DNA from: an uncultured virus (IMG/VR IMGVR_UViG_3300028490_000394)
Lineage: Duplodnaviria > Heunggongvirae > Uroviricota > Caudoviricetes
Virus record (IMG/VR): IMGVR_UViG_3300028490_000394
Direction: 5' to 3' (one strand)
DNA: 27,558 bases
The notes beneath the pieces were generated by a model. That model saw only the letters and a program-made list of their open reading frames with translations. It did not search any database and was not told where the DNA came from. Below, one piece after another: positions 24,881 through 27,558 of this stretch; the first letter of the stretch is position 1, and each line of letters begins with the position of its first letter. Both the position numbers and the translations under genes were made by a program.

Positions 24881-25417
24881 TTATGGTGCGTTAAAGCCTT
24901 CAAATTCTTTCTTTAAGTTATTGAAACCTTGTAGTTCTGTTAATAATCTTTTGAATACTTCTAACTTTACTTCTATTTGAGACAGCTCTCCATAAACAAG
25001 CACTTCCAGTATGACTGTTGTCTCTGAAGTTTTTAATTTCTTATATCTATTGATATCTAATACATTTATATGTTCAGAATCACTTATGATAAAATGTCTA
25101 TCGTCGCTTACTTTATGAAAGCTTTTAAACACTTGATCTTTTCCTAACAATTGTAAAAACTGGCGTTTCTCTGTTGTTGGGATTTTAGTACTTAAGCTAA
25201 TTAAATCTAACAAGTCTAATGAATCTCTCAGTGACGCGTCAAAGTCAACTTTCTCTGAATAATGCAGTAGACCCGTCTCGTCTGTGTAATAACCTTCAAT
25301 TACTTGAGAATTTTCTTCTTCTGTATAGACACAAACACCCTCTGTTGGTGTAATCTTTGCAAAGATCTGCTTTGCTTCTGTGGTTAGGGCATAAAAGCCT
25401 GGTTGAAATGTTGTCAT
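24881..25417 (-). CDS. F.PG.Y family paralogue 3
   Basis: FQPGFY; INRYKKL...LEVLVYGE. Confidence 0.8.
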   Translation of the reverse strand: MTTFQPGFYALTTEAKQIFAKITPTEGVCVYTEEENSQVIEGYYTDETGLLHYSEKVDFDASLRDSLDLLDLISLSTKIPTTEKRQFLQLLGKDQVFKSFHKVSDDRHFIISDSEHINVLDINRYKKLKTSETTVILEVLVYGELSQIEVKLEVFKRLLTELQGFNNLKKEFEGFNAP

Positions 25418-25469
25418 TTAAGACTCCTTAAAAAATAAATTTGTAATATGTTATGGGACTTTAGTCCCC

Positions 25470-25967
25470 CTAAGCTGCTGTGTAATCTTCTTTAAATTTT
25501 TCTAAATTTGCATGGAATGTATCTATTCTTATTTTTATTACTTCCCCGTTTAAACTCACTTCTAAAACCGCATTGAATGGATTCCTATTCTCCATTACTC
25601 TATATCTTGATATATCTTTTAACCGGATAACCTCTCCCGCTTCATTTGATAGTATCCCTTGAATTAGCTTGAATGTTATGCTTTTCCCACTTAGATATTC
25701 TAACATTAACATTTTCTCATTGTAGTGAATTGAGTTGTTTAACTCTATCAATTCTATAAACTCTTCTCTCTTGTTTTTATCTAGATCCAGCTCCATTTTC
25801 TTTGAATCATTTATTCCTATCTCTTTAGTTATGTCTTCTTCCCAATCTTCTGCATATTTACCTATATCTTTTTCTACACCACCAGTTAATAATATTCCAA
25901 CCCCTGGTCTTACTAGTAATAGTACTGCAGTCTTCCATTTCTCTCTGTATATTCCAACTTTAAACAT
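25470..25967 (-). CDS. F.PG.Y family paralogue 4
   Basis: FKVGIY; ISRYRVM...LEVSLNGE. Confidence 0.8.
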   Translation of the reverse strand: MFKVGIYREKWKTAVLLLVRPGVGILLTGGVEKDIGKYAEDWEEDITKEIGINDSKKMELDLDKNKREEFIELIELNNSIHYNEKMLMLEYLSGKSITFKLIQGILSNEAGEVIRLKDISRYRVMENRNPFNAVLEVSLNGEVIKIRIDTFHANLEKFKEDYTAA

Positions 25968-26745
25968 TTTCTACTCCTAGGTCTTCTACTTTTAAATCAC
26001 TTAAAAATTTTAAATCTTTTTTTTCATTTTTGAATAATATTTCTATACTATATCCCGTTGACTGAGTCTTTAATGCATTTTCTATAAATACTGGTACTGC
26101 ATTTATATATCTTACCAAATTTTCTTTTATTTCATTTTCCTTCTCATAGTGTAACAATGAGGGACCCACTTCTAAAGCTCTTAGATATGCTGCATTCTTT
26201 ACATTGTATGTCACTTCTTTATATGTACAGTCATATAAGGTTCTTTTTCCTTGGAGTCTTATCATTGAAGGTGCAATACTATTTTCTTTCAAGAAAAATA
26301 GCACCAGCTTAAATAAAAGCTTTCTATTACTCATATTAATATTACCTTCATTGAATGCAAAGAACTTTCTTTCAAAGTCCATTATCAATGCTATTAAATA
26401 TCCATTTTCTTTTGTTTTTGGGGTGATTTTAGTTTCTTTACTTGTTAGAAGGTTTTGTAGGCGCCCTGACTCTGTCAGCTCTTTAATATAGCTTGCTTTT
26501 ACATAGAGTAGTTTCTCACTATTAAAAAATATATCTGTAGGAATATTGTAGCTAGCTGCACCCTCATTCTTGTCAAGGATCTTTTCAAATACTACTTTTA
26601 TCTCTTCGTCGCTTCTTGTTAATGAACTTTTTAGATCGTTCATTGCGCACTCTCTTATCATTTTGATTAGCATTTCATAGTTATAGCTTGTTTTACCATG
26701 GTCATATCTATTGAAGAACGACGCTTTTGTTACTGTTAAATCCAT
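25960..26745 (-). CDS. Hypothetical protein, paralogue of 26803..27558
   Basis: DL...KASFF..YD..KTSY.Y; YVK.SYI; T.KTKENGY. Confidence 0.85.
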   Translation of the reverse strand: MDLTVTKASFFNRYDHGKTSYNYEMLIKMIRECAMNDLKSSLTRSDEEIKVVFEKILDKNEGAASYNIPTDIFFNSEKLLYVKASYIKELTESGRLQNLLTSKETKITPKTKENGYLIALIMDFERKFFAFNEGNINMSNRKLLFKLVLFFLKENSIAPSMIRLQGKRTLYDCTYKEVTYNVKNAAYLRALEVGPSLLHYEKENEIKENLVRYINAVPVFIENALKTQSTGYSIEILFKNEKKDLKFLSDLKVEDLGVENV

Positions 26746-26802
26746 GATTTAGACCTTTTGTTTTATTACTTCTATTATACCAGAGTAACACTTAAGGTCT
26801 AT

Positions 26803-27558
26803 TTAAATCTCTAAGTTATCCAAGTCTTCTCTTGTTAATTCATATACTCTTTTTGCCTGGTCTTTATTATAGTATGAATAGTCGTAGTCGTCTTGTTTCT
26901 CTACATAAGCTTTTATCGTTTTTAAAAACTCATATAACTTATCTTTTATCTCTTCTTCCTGATCTTTATCTAATTGATACGGGCCCGCTTTTTCTGCATT
27001 TAAATATGTCTGGGCTTTATCTGCAAGAACTGATAAATAACCTTCTGAGTTTTTACTTAATGAAGGTGCAAATCTATTTTCCCATATACCTATTGAATTT
27101 ATGTATGTTAATAATATCTTAAAGAATGGATCTGAATTTACTTTGTCTGTTGGTTCAATATCCTTGATTAAGTTTTCTATTGATAGAAGTAACCCTAGTT
27201 TATACCCATTTTCTTTTGTCTTCTTTGTTACTCTTCCCTCTTTGTCTGTGATTAGAGTTCCTATTCTACCTATCTTTACTAAATGCTCTATATAACTCTT
27301 TTTTACGTATCTAAGCTCTTCTATGTTTGCTAAGAATGTTAATGGTGTCTCATACCCTTCTGGGCCACCGTCTTCGTCTGTTATCATATCTATCGCTGCT
27401 GATATACCCTCTCTATTCTTTATTGCATTCATTATATCTAGCAATGCCGCTTCTCTAATTCTTTTTTTCAACTCTGAGTAATCATAACTTGTTTTATTTG
27501 TATCATAATTATGAAAGAAACTTGCTTTTCCTATTGATAAATCTATATACTTACTCAT
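26803..27558 (-). CDS. Hypothetical protein, paralogue of 25960..26745
   Basis: Colinear similarity; ATG at the window edge matches the paralogue start. Confidence 0.85.
   Translation of the reverse strand: MSKYIDLSIGKASFFHNYDTNKTSYDYSELKKRIREAALLDIMNAIKNREGISAAIDMITDEDGGPEGYETPLTFLANIEELRYVKKSYIEHLVKIGRIGTLITDKEGRVTKKTKENGYKLGLLLSIENLIKDIEPTDKVNSDPFFKILLTYINSIGIWENRFAPSLSKNSEGYLSVLADKAQTYLNAEKAGPYQLDKDQEEEIKDKLYEFLKTIKAYVEKQDDYDYSYYNKDQAKRVYELTREDLDNLEI

Noticed and set aside
580..27295. Shadow ORFs in the track (e.g. 580..765, 7063..7434, 9444..9716, 12026..12337, 22505..22930, 26204..26491)
   Set aside because: They overlap better-supported genes, lack an RBS, and have Leu/Phe/Ser-rich composition explained by strand skew.

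Overview
AT-rich window densely packed with short hypothetical ORFs in alternating blocks, many of them tandem paralogues, with no housekeeping, virion or transposase genes. This best fits the accessory region of a jumbo phage or very large plasmid; the TAAG-N(9-13)-TATAAT promoter style and the prepilins suggest a Campylobacterota host (inference). Recognisable proteins: an HsdR_N/COG4748-type nuclease-domain protein, a nucleoside 2-deoxyribosyltransferase plus two degenerate copies, three prepilin-like proteins, several Zn-finger proteins and a DUF6843-like membrane protein. The highlight is a ~1.5 kb minus-strand ncRNA locus (about 16700-18250). It holds five tRNA mimics with intact acceptor, D and T arms but no canonical anticodon loop, one nested RNA with two T-loops, and four copies of a ~155-nt structured RNA. 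Those four share a 34-nt hairpin, a covarying closing stem and a fully covarying 6-bp kissing loop. Also present: a 23-30 bp repeat flanking a gene cassette, a gene with reversed strand skew, a MITE-like inverted-repeat element and an orphan sRNA candidate. All structures were derived by eye, not by folding software or database searches.
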